From the NCBI RefSeq assembly GCF_006345805.1, contig NC_043008.1:79728879-79792878 (forward strand): a stretch of 64,000 bases of DNA, read 5' to 3'. Within the stretch, counting starts at the first letter, position 1. Each line of letters opens with the position of its first letter. This document shows, piece after piece, positions 25,880-39,893 of the stretch. The translations under genes were made by a program, and so were the position numbers. The notes under the pieces are model-generated. The model did not search any database, had not been told where the DNA came from, and was given only the letters and a program-made list of their open reading frames with translations. Source of the DNA: Octopus sinensis. Taxonomy: Eukaryota.

Positions 25880-26950
25880 ACCACCACCATCATAATCATC
25901 ATCATCATCATTTAACATCTGTTGTTCATGCTGGCATAGATAATGGTTTGCCCAGAGCTGGCAAGCTGGAGAGCTGCACTAGGCTCCAGTCTGATTTGGC
26001 ATGGTTTCTACAGCTGGATGCCCTTCCTAACACCAACCACTTTACAGAGTGTGCTAGGTGCTTCTACATGGCACTGCACCCATGGTGATTTTATGTGGCA
26101 CCACAAAAAGTACTTTTTAAGTAGCACTGGCACAGGATTCTTCCAGATCAATCCTCTTCACTAGGGGAGCAGACAGTCTTCTGCTGTGGAGTACGGGTTT
26201 TCTTGAGAAGGTATCTCAGTCCTTCGTCATCTTGCCTGAAAGGTTCAGTGTCCTGAGGTCATTCTTCAGTACTTCATCCCATGTCTTCCTGGCTCACCCA
26301 CTTCTACATGTTCCATTTATTTTGAGAGATCAGCACTTCTTTATGGAATTGTTAGTATCTATCTGCATCACATGACCAAACCAGTGCAGTCTTCTCTCTT
26401 ATACACTGCCTCTAATTCCTCTTATGCCTAACTTCTCTCTCAATACACTAGCACTCTTGTCAAACATGTACACTTACATTACACATCCAGTGGACCATAC
26501 CAGCCTCATTCCTCTCCAACCTTTGCATGTTCTCTGCATTCAGGGCCCACATCTCACTACCATGTAGAATTGCATCATACAGTCTTCCTTTCACTCAGAG
26601 AGAGGAACATTTTGTAACCAACAGAGATAACAGCTCACTGAATTTTGTTCAGCCTATTCTTATTCTAGTTATCATATTCTATGTGCATTGTCCCCCACTA
26701 CTAATTTGGTCCCCTACATAGCAGAAATTATTTACTACCTCTAATGAACCACCAGGGCATTTGAGAGAATCAATTTCCCTAGCCTCTATAGTTTTTATGG
26801 ATCCTGTGCATCTTCCATATATGAACACTACCTTCTCTGATAATCGTCCTATTAATCTACTGCACCTCTTGTGTATCTATAGCTTACAGTGGGTACACCA
26901 TATGGAGTTCCTGCCTACATCTTTCCTACAAACTGAACAGGGCCACCTAC
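25880..26950 (-). mobile_element. RTE LINE 3' portion with (GAT)/(GGT) tail, decayed
   Basis: Tail catcatcatcatttaacatc... at ~25900 and C-terminal ORF homology at 26300-26900. Confidence 0.75.
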
Positions 26951-27603
26951 CTGAAGGGGGCAGGGTCCTGTTTGTTTTCTTGGAAGCATACCATTATCCA
27001 TCTGCACACACTTCTCTCCTACAATATCTTGATTCTCACTGTCTAGTAATCCAGAACACTTCAGGACATAAAATCAATGGAACAAAGGTATCAAGGCAAA
27101 TGGGACTTGCACACGACAGGAGAATTAGGCTCATGATCTTCCTGAATTTCAGCACTCAAGAAAATCATCCAAGTACAAATTCATGGGAAATTAGGCATAA
27201 ACAACGATGTAATTTGTCCGTAGAAATTTAAAGATTTTTACTAGTTTTACAGTAGAATTTTAAGAAAATATTCTGGTTTTGGAGGAAAACCAATTTCTAT
27301 GTATGCTATGACATATTCCTCATAAACTGTTTTATTGAAAAAAAAAAAAACAACTCAAAACAATGAAATTCTATGGATTCAAGCTGTTTTATTGAAAAAA
27401 AAAACCCCAAACAATGAAATTCTATGGATCCACCATCTTAAAATTTATTTTGGCCTGTATAATTTGCCTAGCTCAGTCTCTCTTAAAGATAAATAGTTAC
27501 ATTCTTACTTCCCTATTGAATGGCTGTTGACAGACAAACATAAAAATCTCTAGCTCCAACCAAATATTACTGGACTATACTCTGTAAGCAGTATATTGTT
27601 TAA

Positions 27604-30432
27604 CCCTTTAATATTCTGACTGGCCAAAACCATCCAAAAATTATTCCCCTTTATTTGTTTGAATTGGCGAAATCCGGTCATATCTGATTAACTCTATGAA
27701 ATTGCTAAAAAAATAAACAAATCACATTATTGAATTCTCATAGCGTGGAGATAATGTGAGATAAAGCCTTTCCTGCATTTATTCAAGTAAAAATACAAAG
27801 AAATTTTTGAGACTTCTTGATTTTTTCAACATTTGAAGAGAAGTGTTTATTTTAATTTTTAACGATATGGCATCAGCAAGTAGTGATTCTGACTTCGAAG
27901 GTTTTACTCTTGATGTACAAAATATAAATGAAAACAATAGTGTTTTGTCTTTGGATGAATCTGATATTGATATTCATGAATCTTTGTCGGATGAGGAAGA
28001 TTTTGATAATGAAAGTGATAAATGATATTGGAAACATTATGGCAACATGGTTGAAGATTACAGCATCAACCACAATTCCTGATTTTACAGAAAAGACTAA
28101 TCCACAACAGAGTCTACCTGCTGATGCTCAACCATTGGACTATTTATTTTTATTTTTACCAAAAAGTTCTTTTGAAACTGTCACAGAAGAAACAAATAAA
28201 TACGTTCAATGCATAATTTCTATTTGTGGAAGACCCGATCCACTATAACAGCCAACTGATATTGCAGAAATGTGAGCTTCTTTTACTATAAACATGTTTG
28301 GTATTGTAGCGATATTGATATCCTCACTCTTTGAGAGATATAATAAGAATGATCTCGTTTGAGATTACAACCATCTTTGGCTAGTTTGACCCTGTTGTGT
28401 GCACTGATCTGATTGGTTAGCATCTAGCTCGGTCTGTCTCCCTACTTATTTCGCGCCAATATGTAAAGCTAACCAATCACGGCCTTCGAATAAGGCCTGC
28501 TTCAGTTGAGCCTACCACGGGCAATAAATAAGCTTGTTTTCACTATTCTTCGTCTTTCGGCTTTAGACCTTTTAAGGTCTAGTCACTGACCACAGAGCTA
28601 CTCAGCCATGTTCCAGTTCCAGCGACAGACGACCAGCCTGCCAGCCATGTTACTGCTCCAGCTATGAAAACGCTATTGTACACCCGCAACAGACAGGACG
28701 TTCTCCCTCTCTGCTGCTGTCATCACCATTGTCGTCTCTATCTCCGTCGACTTCAACATGTACACATCAACATTGACCAGTTTAACTCTACGCTGTTTGT
28801 GTGAATCTTTCACTGAGAGGAAAACAGTTGCAGTCTACCTATCTATATCAAGAGACTCGGCACGGCATGATAGCCACAACTTCTACACGGGTAGTAACTG
28901 GCTCTTGTTATAGAACTCTTACTATTGTGTACCTCAAGAACTGGTAAACTAACTCTATCTTACTCAATATGCTGAGACGTATCTTATGCTTTGTATTCTG
29001 TATTTCTGTTATACACATTCACTTTTGTCTGTACTTTCTACTGCACACACGAACACACACAAACAAATACTTGTCGCACTCATTCAGACACAACACTTCG
29101 CTAGCACTCACACACTTTCTCTTTGTACCCATTGCAAATAAAGTCTTCTCTCCCAAACAGTAGAACAGTTTGTTGTCCTCATTTATTCCTTTTGGCACTG
29201 TATTTTATGTCATGTAAATAGCTCTCTTATTTTGCTAGGGACGACCGTGCGGCATACAAAAGGAGACATTTGTCACCAACTCCTTACGTATGGTCGTATA
29301 TATCCCTACAGTATCAAGCAGCTTCTTCAGCTATGGAACTACTGGAGTTTTGATATAAGGTATGGTGATCCATGTATCTCCAGCATTATGTTTAACTATA
29401 GTTAATTCATATATTGTTTATGTAAAAAGCCACAAGGTACCTCCACCACCAAGTGACTATGCCCATTTGAAATTTTGGGTTGACATAGCATCTCAGTTAT
29501 GTGAGGGCTTGTCTTCCAGAAAGCACAGAACTGGGAGAAAAGCAAAATTAATTGAGATGGGTGTCAAAAGAGAAAATATTGACTTCCATAAAGTGGAAAA
29601 AAATAAATGGAAGGGAAAAAAGTTTCTAATTTGTGTTCACTGCAAAAAAAAACTGTGAAAGGATATCAGGTCAAGACCTCATATATGTGTTCATTTTGCA
29701 AAGTGCCCTTGTGTAAAGGATACTCTGGACAGTTTCATGATAGAAATATGGCATAACTATATTTTGTTGCTTGATAGTAATACTATCATATATTCCTTTC
29801 ATTTTATTACAAATAATATGTAAAAGTGAGAATTACATATAAATTTTCAGTATGTTACACACATGTATTCACTTTTGTCTCACCTGTTAATGAGCTTTTT
29901 TTTATTAGATGCATTCTGTTATGTAAATGTATTCATTAAATTGTATAAGAGTACATAGGCAATGGTATATTGACTAGTAAAAGAGTTTTTTTACTTTATT
30001 TTCAATGAAAATGTTTGGATGAAATACAGAGAAAGAATAAAATCTTGTACTAATTATACCTTTATTTTAATTAATTCAAATGTACCTCATCTTGAAAAGT
30101 GGCAAAATTGTTGGCAATTGACATCTGGGACACTTTTGGTAACAAATCAAACAGGTAAGATGCATTAAGAATTTCAGTTTTAGTGTATATCCCTAATATT
30201 ATTGCTTTTACACCTGTTAATTAAATTTACCTGCCCATAAAAGTCAAATTTAATCAGAAAGATCAGCTAAAATGACATAACTACAAACCACTGGTAAAAT
30301 TTCAAATCTGTATGTAAAAAATTAACAATGTTACAAGCAAATATTGTGGTCACTCCTTTTGAGCTTGAATAATTCAAAATAATGTAAACAAATAAGCATT
30401 ACATTTGACAGATTAATCTGAACATTAAAGGG
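27604..30432 (+). mobile_element. piggyBac deletion derivative with TTAA target duplication
   Basis: TTAA|CCCTTTAAT (27600-27612) and ATTAAAGGG|TTAA (30424-30436). N-terminal QPLDYLFLFLP...TEETNKY and C-terminal TIVNSYIVY...CVHC...C.FCKVPLC are present; catalytic core is absent. Confidence 0.85.
28305..29310 (+). mobile_element. Solo LTR (1006 bp) with 4-bp TSD, nested in the piggyBac ORF
   Basis: Starts TGTAGCGATAT, ends ATATCCCTACA (10/11 inverted match); GTAT duplicated at 28301-28304 and 29311-29314; AATAAA near 29134. Confidence 0.85.
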
Positions 30433-31109
30433 TTAACACATCTAGTTGTGATGGAGAAAATGAAGTGTTACAACTTGATGGTGGACCAATGCAAGGTGAA
30501 TTTAACTGGGTAGACAACTTTTTCTTTGAAGTCGTTTAACTGTATGCATGCTGGCTGTACCATCTAAAAAAATACTCTAGTGTGCAACATATAATTTTTA
30601 ACTTAGACATAAATATTAGTGAATAACAGTTGATACCAGTACTTAACTGATTCATATTTGTACTAAATTGATTCATAATGAAGAGTAAAGTTGAATCTGG
30701 TGGGATCTGAACTTAAAACACAGAAGGATATAACTAAATACTAATTCTTAACATTAATACAAAATCACACAATTTGGGGGAAGGTAGAGCAGATTAAATT
30801 GAATCCAGTATTAACTGGTAGTTTACTTTATTGAACCAAGAATAATGAAAAGTAAAGTTGACCACAACGGAATTTGAACTAAGAACATCAAGGGCTGTAG
30901 CAAAATATTACAAGGCATTTTGTCATTTGGCACTGTACATGAGTGCATTAATTTTAAACTATATGAATATAATTTTAAATACTTACTGACCTTTTCTGCA
31001 TATTTTCTCCGTTGGTTGGGTGTTAATAGATTTCCCTTGTCTGATAAAAGAAATAATAATAAAAGTCAATAGTATCAAACAATATACATATAACTGAATA
31101 TATATATTA

Positions 31110-31955
31110 GTATTAATACTGAGAGGTAATACCTATCTCCACTTAAACATGGATATTCTGTTGGAACAAACTTTGCTGCAGTAAGTACCATGAGAGAAAC
31201 TCACATATAGGCTTTTGGTGCAAAATGCACACTTGTTTATATTGATAGCAGGGAGATAAATCTTTGCCATCACCAGCACCAAGACCACAAGATCACATGA
31301 TTTCAACCTCCCTTGATCTCATCAATGATGGATGCTTGACTGCCAGAGATAGCAGCAACTCATCTCCTTGCCAGCAATATATAGAAAATCAGTGCCAGCA
31401 CAGGCACTGGTGTTGCAATTAGCCAGTGAGCTTAAAAAGTATACATTAGTGACAGATGCAGTATTAATACTGAGAGGTAATATTTATTCCCCACTTAAAT
31501 GTGGATGTTCTGTTAGAACAAACTATACTGTGGCCAGCGACATATAGAAAATCAGTGCCAGGATAGGTATTGGTGATGTGGGGGGGATAAATATTACCTC
31601 TCAGTATTAATACTGCTTCAGCCACTAATATATATATTTTTCAACAAGTTCACTGGCTAATTGCAACACCAGCGCCTCTCCTGGCACTGATTTTCTATAT
31701 ATCACTAGTGGAGAGATGGGTTGCTGCTATCTCAAGCAGCTGAGCGTTCGTCATTAACAAAACCAAGGAAGGTTGAAATCACATGAACTAGTGGTTTTGG
31801 CACTGGAGATGGTGAAGATGTATCTCCCTGCTAGTGATATAAACAAATGTGCATTTTGTACCAAAAGCCCATATGGGAGTTTCTCTCATGGTATTTACCA
31901 TAGTAAAGTTCTAATAGAACATCCATGTTTAAGTAGGGATAAATATTACCTCTCA
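31110..31955. repeat. Large imperfect foldback built from ~351-bp units
   Basis: Marker gtattaatactgagaggtaata at 31110 and 31461 (+), reverse-complemented ending at 31613 and, partially, at 31955. Arms ~31110-31490 and ~31580-31955. Confidence 0.8.
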
Positions 31956-33026
31956 ATAACTGAATATGTTCTCAAGAAAAATTCACTACAACTTTCCTTG
32001 GTCTGGATTTATTGCTTTTGTCAATTTCAACACCCACAACTCTCTTGGATTTTCCACTCCATTCAGTTACAGAATTTGAATCTTTTGTCAGTCTGAGCAG
32101 CTGTCTCATTAACCTTTTACGTTAATTTCTGATTTATCTCTTTTTCCACAAACTAATTTTCTACTTAATCAAAAACCTCATTTAACTTTAAATCAAATGT
32201 CCAATAAACTCTTTGATCAATTACATTAACTCGTCATCATTCCTCATCTCAACTCAACACAAAAAGAAATCCTTCTCTAGATTAATTTTCTATAACCTAT
32301 TCTGCCCAATGTCTTGTACACATTGCTCTAAAATGGTGAGAAATTACGTTGGCATGTTCCATTGGATGTGCAATGTAGTGTGCATGTATGGCAAGTTGTA
32401 AATGTGTTGAGAGAAAGCATTTGGGTATAAGAGGCATCAAGTGTTAACCTGTAGAAAAAGAAGACATAAGAAGGTGTGTACAAAGTGGTGAAAAACGATC
32501 CTCACAGAGATGGTGACAGAGGACTGAGATGATTGGTGCTTTGTTGTGCTACAGAAGACCTGTCCAGCTAAGGAAAATCAAGGCCATATAGGCGTGTCCT
32601 TTATGCACACAATCTGCTCTTGACAAACCTCTCCCCAACAACCCATATTTCTAACAATTCTTCCTTCCTCCACTAGTGTTCACAGTTTGCATTATTCCCC
32701 TCTTCTCTATCTCCTGCTCTCCTATTGTACCCTCATAAATGTACCTGTACATAACGGGTCCCTGTTAAATCTCTCCACAACATAACACCCCTTCCCTCCA
32801 CTTATGTCCACTCTATTCCCTTCCTCCATCTCCCACTCCCCTTAGCAAGCATGTGAACTTACCCATCCACTCACACTATCCAATCTTTGGTTTCACTTAT
32901 ATACACCTTCCTGTCACTTAAGTGTACTCTTCATCACATTTTCACAATCTCTCTGTCTACAACTGATGTCACCATGTAACTCCTTTATGCAAGATACCTA
33001 TTTCTCTCCCTTTATTCATACTCTAA

Positions 33027-34290
33027 CTCAATGGTTCCCAAACTTTTTCAGACTGCTGACCCCTTGGTTCCCACACCACATTCCTAGCACTTCCCCACAA
33101 CATCACCATAAGCATAGACCTCTTTCAAATTTAAAATAAGTGTATTACACAAATAAATCATAACCTAATTAACCCATTCTTTTGTTGTTTTAACAATACA
33201 AAACGGCAAATTTACATTTCACTTGTAACTATGTCTTCATATTTTTATTGCAATGGATGTACATTGTGCAGGGATATCAGCTTCCCAATGTAGTCTTAAA
33301 TTTCTGTTTTGAATAATTTTCATTCTGGTTTTACCTGGCTTAGAAAAAAGCTGGGCAGCTGTACTGAAGACCTGCTCTATTGAATATGACATTGGGAAGG
33401 CAGTAAAGTACATCTTCACTTTGTTCTGTAGCAGTCAGAAATATCCTTTTGCAATGAAAATTCCTGATATGATCTTTGGCCTCAACTCAGTATCATTTTA
33501 AAGTGAAATCAGTTCTTCCTCTACTAATATTCTTGTTTCCTTATTACCAATATCTAGGAATTGCTCAGACTGGTATTTTAAGCAAAAATAAATATCCTGA
33601 AGTTTGTCAGATATCTCTGTGCAGCTCATCCAGGAGTGAACTTGAATGTCATCTTCTGGTATGCACTTTTCCTTTTCAAATTCAGAGAGGTTCTGAAACT
33701 GGAAGAAATTACAACGGCTTTTGTTACATTTAAATAACTTGGGCAGAAATGTGGAGAGAGCTGATTTTACCTTGATAAGGTTTAACTTTATTTCCTTGCA
33801 GTTGCAAATTAATTTCATTGAACTATGTGAGTCCTGTTTGATGTTATTTAGTTCATCACGAAGAACAGAATTAGACATTTCAACAACTGTTTTAAAAAGG
33901 GCTTAGAAATTTTCAGGCAGTTCCCCATTAGCATCCATTTAATTTTTGTATGTAATAACAATAGTTCAAAATTGTTATCATTTTTAATGCAGAGCTGTGG
34001 AAATAGTGAGGAATTGAGAGCATGTACCTTGATTTTATTTACTGTTGTGATAACAGTGTGCTGAACAATTTAAGTCTACCACTTAAGTTATTTGCAACAC
34101 ATGCAAGCACACTAGGTATAACATTTTCAATAAACCGATGAAGATGCAATGACAACCTACCATCAATGGTGTTCAATTTACTGCTCAAAAACGAAATACT
34201 GACAACTTTTTTGTATCTGTTTCTAGTTGTCTTACAAATAACAACTCTTGAACCAAACGTTAATTTTTGATGAAGCAAACATAAGCAAGA
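33027..34290 (-). mobile_element. hAT (Charlie/Buster-like) transposon relic
   Basis: TIR-like caatggttcccaaactttt at ~33029; LLHTKIKW.LMGNCL, LHLHRF, FPMSYSIEQVFST motifs. Confidence 0.75.
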
Positions 34291-34591
34291 AACAAACTTT
34301 TATTGACTAGCAAAAGGGACTCATCTAACTGCTACATTTGATTGTTCTGTGTATGTTGCACAATATATCTTAAATGTTATAGCATTCTACATTTTGAAAC
34401 ACATGTAATACACAATTTTATAAAAAAAAATTGTACATTCACCTCTTCATTCAAGGAAATGAAGGAAAAAAAATGAGAAATTCTGATTTATGCATAACTT
34501 TTCCAAATTTTATTCAGTACAAATTCAAATTATAAGCGTTTCAAAATGTGGAGCACTACATGACAAAAAGTAACAAAAAACAAATAAACAA

Positions 34592-34942
34592 GGTGCAGGA
34601 GTGGCTGTGTGGCATCTTGGGCAAGTGTCTTCTGCTATAGTCCCGGGCCGACCAATGCCTTGTGAGTGGATTTGGTAGACGGAAACTGAAAGAAGCCTGT
34701 CGTATATATGTATATATATATGTGTGTGTGTTTGTGTGTCTGTGTTTGTCCCCCTAGCATTGCTTGACAACCAATGCTGGTGTGTCTACGTCCCCGCCAC
34801 TTAGTGGTTCGGCAAAAGAGACCGATAGCATAAGTACTGGGCTTACAAAGAATAAGTTCCGGGGTCGATTTGATCGACTAAAGGCGGTGCTCCAGCATGG
34901 CCGCAGTCAAATGACTGAAACAAGTAAAAGAGTAAAGAGTAA
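34592..34942 (+). mobile_element. tRNA-derived SINE with internally deleted head and CR1-like tail
   Basis: A-box-like TGGCTGTGTGG with no B box visible, internal (TA)/(TG) tract, tail ggcggtgctccagcatggccgcagtcaaatgactgaaac followed by (AAGAGT)n. Confidence 0.75.
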
Positions 34943-35651
34943 ATAGTGGTGACGATGAGATTGTGGGTAGACATTTGAAAAAAATATAGATTAAAAAGTT
35001 TTATTTTAAAGAAGCTCTGCTCGTGAATAATTTGAAATGTGGGAAAATGCCGTAAAAACCAAGAAATTCTGATTTATGTAAAGAGCTAAAATAAAAATCC
35101 AACAATTGTAAAATTATATGCCATCTTTTTTAAAAATTCATAATGATAAGAGTTTCTAAATTATAAGTTTGAAAAGATTGTCAAAAACATTGGAAAAGAA
35201 AAAAAAAACTCTGGGCAGTTCTCTCCCCTTAAAGGAAATTTCTCCCACCCCTCTATTTCTTAGCAAACTCTCTTTCTCTCTACCTCTATGAAAGCAAACA
35301 TAGGTGGCAGCACCAACAGCTGCCAGTCAAATTTCACACCTGTAACATGATAAGCAGCATGGAAATATGATATTCACAGAGGGATGTGCATATAGTTTGT
35401 AGAGAAAATGGTAATCAAGTCTACATGAAGAACTATCAAACAAGGTGAATAGGTACTAGAGGAAAAAAAAAATGGGAGAAATAAAATAAGAGACTTTCCC
35501 TCTTTTTATCACTCAATCTTTTTCCTTCTTTGTCTTTCCCCTACTGTTAGAATTAAAGAAAATAGAAAATATCTATAATATTGTGTATAGTGTTAATTTT
35601 GATTTTAAATGACTCTGAGGCTTTCATTACCCTTCCTCTATCTCTTCACTT

Positions 35652-36650
35652 CTTCATCATCATTGTTTAGCGTCCGCTTTCCATGCTAGCATGGGTTGGA
35701 CGGTTCAACTGGGGTCTGGGAAGCTAGAAGGCTGCACCAGGCCCAGTCTGATCTGGCAATGTTTCTATGGCTGGATGCCCTTCCTAACGCCAACCACTCC
35801 GTGAGTGTAGTGGGTGCTTTTTACGTGCCAGACGAGGCTGGCAAATGGCCACGATTGGATGGTGCTTTTTATGTGCCACCGGCACGAGGCCAGTCAGGGC
35901 GGTGCTGGCAACGGCCACGTTCAGATGGTTCTCTTACGTACCACGGGCACTGGTATCACAGTTGCAATTTCCATTGATGTTGATCGATTTTGATTTTGAT
36001 TTTGGATTTTCACTTGCCTCAACAGGTCTTCACAAGTAGAGTTTTGTGTCCCAAGAAGGAAAGGTATGCATAAGTGGAATGGCTACATCCCATGTAAAAG
36101 GCCACGGGTTATGGTCTCACTTGTCCTGCCGGGTCTTCTCATGCACATCATACTTCCAAAGGTCTTGGTCTCTAGTCATTTCCTCGGTGAGACCTAAAGT
36201 TCGAAGGTCGTGCTTCACCACCTTGTCCCAGGTTTTCCTGGGTCTGCCTCTTCCACAGGTTCCCTTAACTGCTAGGGTGTGGCACTTTTTCACACAACTA
36301 TCTTCATCCATTCTCGCCACATGACCATACCGGTGCAAACGTCTCTCTTGCACACAACAACTGATGCTTCTTAGGTGCAACTTTTCTCTCAAGGTACTTA
36401 CACTCTGTCGAGTATGAACACTGACATTACACATCTATCGGAGCATACTGGCTTCATTTCTTGCGAGCTTACGCATATCCTAAGCGGTCACGGCCCATGT
36501 TTCACTGCCATGTAGCATGGCTGTTCATACACATGTGTCATACAGTCTGCCTTTTACTCTGAGCAAGAGGCCTTTTGTCACCAGCAGAGGTAAGAGCTCT
36601 CTGAACTTTGCCCAAGCTATTCTTACTCTAGCAGTTACACTTTCAGCACA
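35652..36650 (-). mobile_element. RTE LINE 3' portion, best-preserved 3' UTR of the family in this window
   Basis: ORF C-terminus RRLHRYGHVARMDEDSCVKKC...GRGRPRKTWD; 3' UTR ends ...ggacgctaaacaatgatgatg on -. Confidence 0.85.
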
Positions 36651-36837
36651 CCCTTCTTTCATACCTTCATAAGAAAAAGACATCCCATAATAAGACAAAA
36701 AAAAAAAGCCCTGAGCAGTTCTCTCTCCTAAAGGGAAATTTCTCCCTCCCTTCTTTTTCTTAGCAAACTCTCTTTCTCTGAAAGCAGTACCAACAATCCA
36801 AATCAAATTTCACATGTGTGAGTGAGTGTGTATATAT

Positions 36838-37210
36838 CTATCAGGTTGAGTAAAAAGTAAGCAATGTTTTGAAATGTGAAATTCATCACAGTATATTTCA
36901 ACAATGCAGCAATTTTATTCATCAAAGTAAGTACTATTACAATCAACACATTTCTGCCAACGAGTTACAAGTTTGTTTATTCCAGTAACATAAAAATCTG
37001 GAGTTCTGAAGCTGATGAATTCTTTGAATGCACTTTCAGCATCAATTTGATTTTTGAACTCCTTCCTCACAGAAAACCATCAAAGTGCTTGAAAAAGTGG
37101 TAGTCAGTAGTAGAAAGGTCTGGGGAATAAGCTGGGTGGGGAAGAATTTCACAGCCAAGTTCCCTCAACTTCTGGAGCATCATAAGGGAAACGTGTGGGC
37201 AAGCATTGTT
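36838..37210 (-). mobile_element. mariner transposon 3' end
   Basis: LPHPAYSPDLSTTDYHFF...GINKLVTRWQKCVDCNSTYFDE*, then TIR-like tatcaggttgagtaaaaag. Confidence 0.85.
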
Positions 37211-37214
37211 ATAA

Positions 37215-37480
37215 AGCCATATAGTAGAATTGGTTCGACTGTGGCTTTGAAGATTTTAAGTTTGAAATCTCTACTTAGATTTGATGACCAGATCTTATGC
37301 ATATCATTACAGGCTGACCAGGCCATACCCTTTCTAGTTAGAAAATCTTTTTCAGATGATGATATGTATGACCCAAGATATTTGTAATCAGAAACCATAT
37401 TTAAGAGCATATTGTTGAGAGTATGGCTGATGAAATCACTGTTGGACAGGCACTTTTACATATTCAGTCATTCAACTACG
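37215..37480 (-). mobile_element. LINE RT-thumb fragment (RTE-like, separate family)
   Basis: DYKYLGSYI...AWSACNDMHKIWSSNL...KLKIFKATVEPILLYG. Confidence 0.7.
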
Positions 37481-39027
37481 GTAGTAGTTGAATAATATTT
37501 TTAAGGCAGCAATTTACTTACATGCTGCATCTTTCAGAGCTTGTCGCTAATTCAGTTTTTAACAAAATTGAAAACGTTTAACATTTTTGAAGAGGACTGG
37601 TCCCTAGCTACATTTTGGCATTAAAAAATTGAGATTTGGTCCAGTAGAGAAAAGTTTACATCAAAATTTATAGCAATGTTATAGATCTGAATAACTTTTA
37701 TTTTAAAAGAAAAATATTTTTATCTTAGCTTCAATGTTAGAGGAAAGCATGAATAATTTCATAGTTTTGATCCCATGCAACAAAAATTTCTATCAAAAGA
37801 GTTGTAAGGTAAAATATTAAAAAAAAAATTTAAAAAGGCAAAAAATTGGATTTAAGTATAATTAACTTTTCTATTTTAAAAACAAATTATATTTTAATTA
37901 AGCTTAAGATAGAGTTCAATTTGAGGAATTTCATGGTATCAATCTCATGCAATGAAGTTTTAAAAGAAAAAGTTATTAGTGTTTGTTTCTCAAATTTGAA
38001 GGTGGTATACTTTTTTATGAATATAATTCTATAAGGGACTTTTAATATATGTCACTGGCATCATTGAGGTATGGAAAAAAATTTATCAACGACACCGCTA
38101 ATTGACACATTTGGCAGATTATTAATTGACATAATAACATAGCCTGGAAAAAATATGGATTACATGGAAAAATGTGAGCAAGAGAAATAATATTTTTAAG
38201 ATTACAAACTTGGAAAAGTACAGGACAAGTTATTACATCTGGTAAAGTACAGAACAAGAAAATTTTCACTTAAAATATTGCAGCTAAGGATAAAATCTGA
38301 ATATGAAAAATTATTTGATTCTAATTTACACAGTAACATTGTGATTAAAAAAGGGTACCATCATTTTGTTAAAATATGGACACACTAGAATACTTAAAAA
38401 AGGAGAGCCAGAAGTACCAATATAGCTGAAGTTTTATGCAAAGTAGAACAGTATATACAGTAGGCAAATTCATTATGTAAAAAACAGGTAATGGGTCAAG
38501 ACTAAAATGTGAAAACTTGGCAATGACTGAGGCAATTAACTCAAGCAAATTTTACTCTGAATTTGTCATAGGTAGATTTTACTGTAATATATAGCTAATT
38601 TTTGTATTCTATTTAATGTAGTACTATTATTTTTTATAACCTATTTTCAAATTTCTAATAATTAATAATTAAAAAAATGAATTATTTAAAGTGCAAAAAA
38701 TATTTTGAGTTATCTTTTATTTTTAATAGAAGTAACAATAACAAATAGAAGTAATAACTTGTAATAAAATTTTTAGTTTTAATGAAAGCTAATATTTTCT
38801 AAATTTAAATATTTTATTTGAAATTTTATCCCTAGCTGCAATATTTTAAGTAGATGTAATAACTTTTCCTGAACTTTTCCAAGTCTATAATCTTAAGAAT
38901 ATTATTTCTCTTGCTCGCATTTTCCCATGTAATTTAAATATATCTAATATCTATCTTTCGTGAAAATTCCAAGTGAATGGAATAAATCTTTCATAAGTTA
39001 TGACGAAATAAACAAATAATCTTCCAA

Positions 39028-39800
39028 ACTGCAATGGTCAAAAGTTAAGGGTCACTTAGGAAAAAAATGAAAAATGGAACAAGGACAAAAAAAGAAACCC
39101 TTACTATTAATATTTTGTGAACATCCCTTTACTATCAATAATCTCCTGACATCTATTATCACAGGACTGAATTAATTCCTTACAAAATGACGGAGTAATA
39201 TTGTTCCATTCATTTTTCAATAATTCACAGAGTTCATCTTAGTTCTTTGGATTTCTCCTTCATGCCCCATCTCCAATAATCTTCCAAACATTTTCAATAA
39301 GGTTGAGATCAGGACTTTGAGGTGGCCAGTCCATGAGATCAATCCCTTCATCACTCAAAAATTTTTTGACTCTCTTCGCAGTGTGACAGGGAGCATTGTC
39401 CTGCACAAAAATAAGAGGTTGAACTGATAAGGTCGGAGATGTGGAAGGGCATATTGTCTTAGAATCTGCTTGTAGATTTCATCATTGACAGTCCCTTGTA
39501 GGCAAATAAGTGGACCAGGACCAGAGATCACTCTCCATAGCATTACACTGCTTCCTCTATATTTCACTGTCTTCTTCACACATGCATGAGATAATATTTT
39601 GCCACTTCGTTGGATGTACATACTGTCATTGGAACCAATCACATTAAACTTTGATTCATCTCTAAAATGAACCTGCAGCCACTGTTCTCTCCAAATGACA
39701 AGTTCGTGGACTTTGTGAACACATACCAATTGTTTTCATAACATTTTTAACGCTTTGAATTAAATGTGACCATTTTGCGTTGAGTCTGCAGTTTGAATCA
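39028..39800 (-). mobile_element. Tc1-like transposon relic
   Basis: FRDESKFN, TVK..GSSVMLW, QDNAPCHTAK and WPPQSPDLNLIENVW across frames; TIR-like caatggtcaaaagttaaggg at ~39032. Confidence 0.85.
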
Positions 39801-39893
39801 CTTTAACCAAATTTTAGCAGGCCGGATTTTTGATCATCACAATACACAGCCAACGACTCCCTGAAACACTCCCCTGAAATCCCCGTTGAGAAA

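Noticed and set aside
27324-27432. ~55-bp tandem duplication, and a ~100-bp dispersed repeat at ~35200 and ~36700
   Set aside because: Both are real but ordinary local or dispersed repeat debris with no termini or structure to support a further claim.
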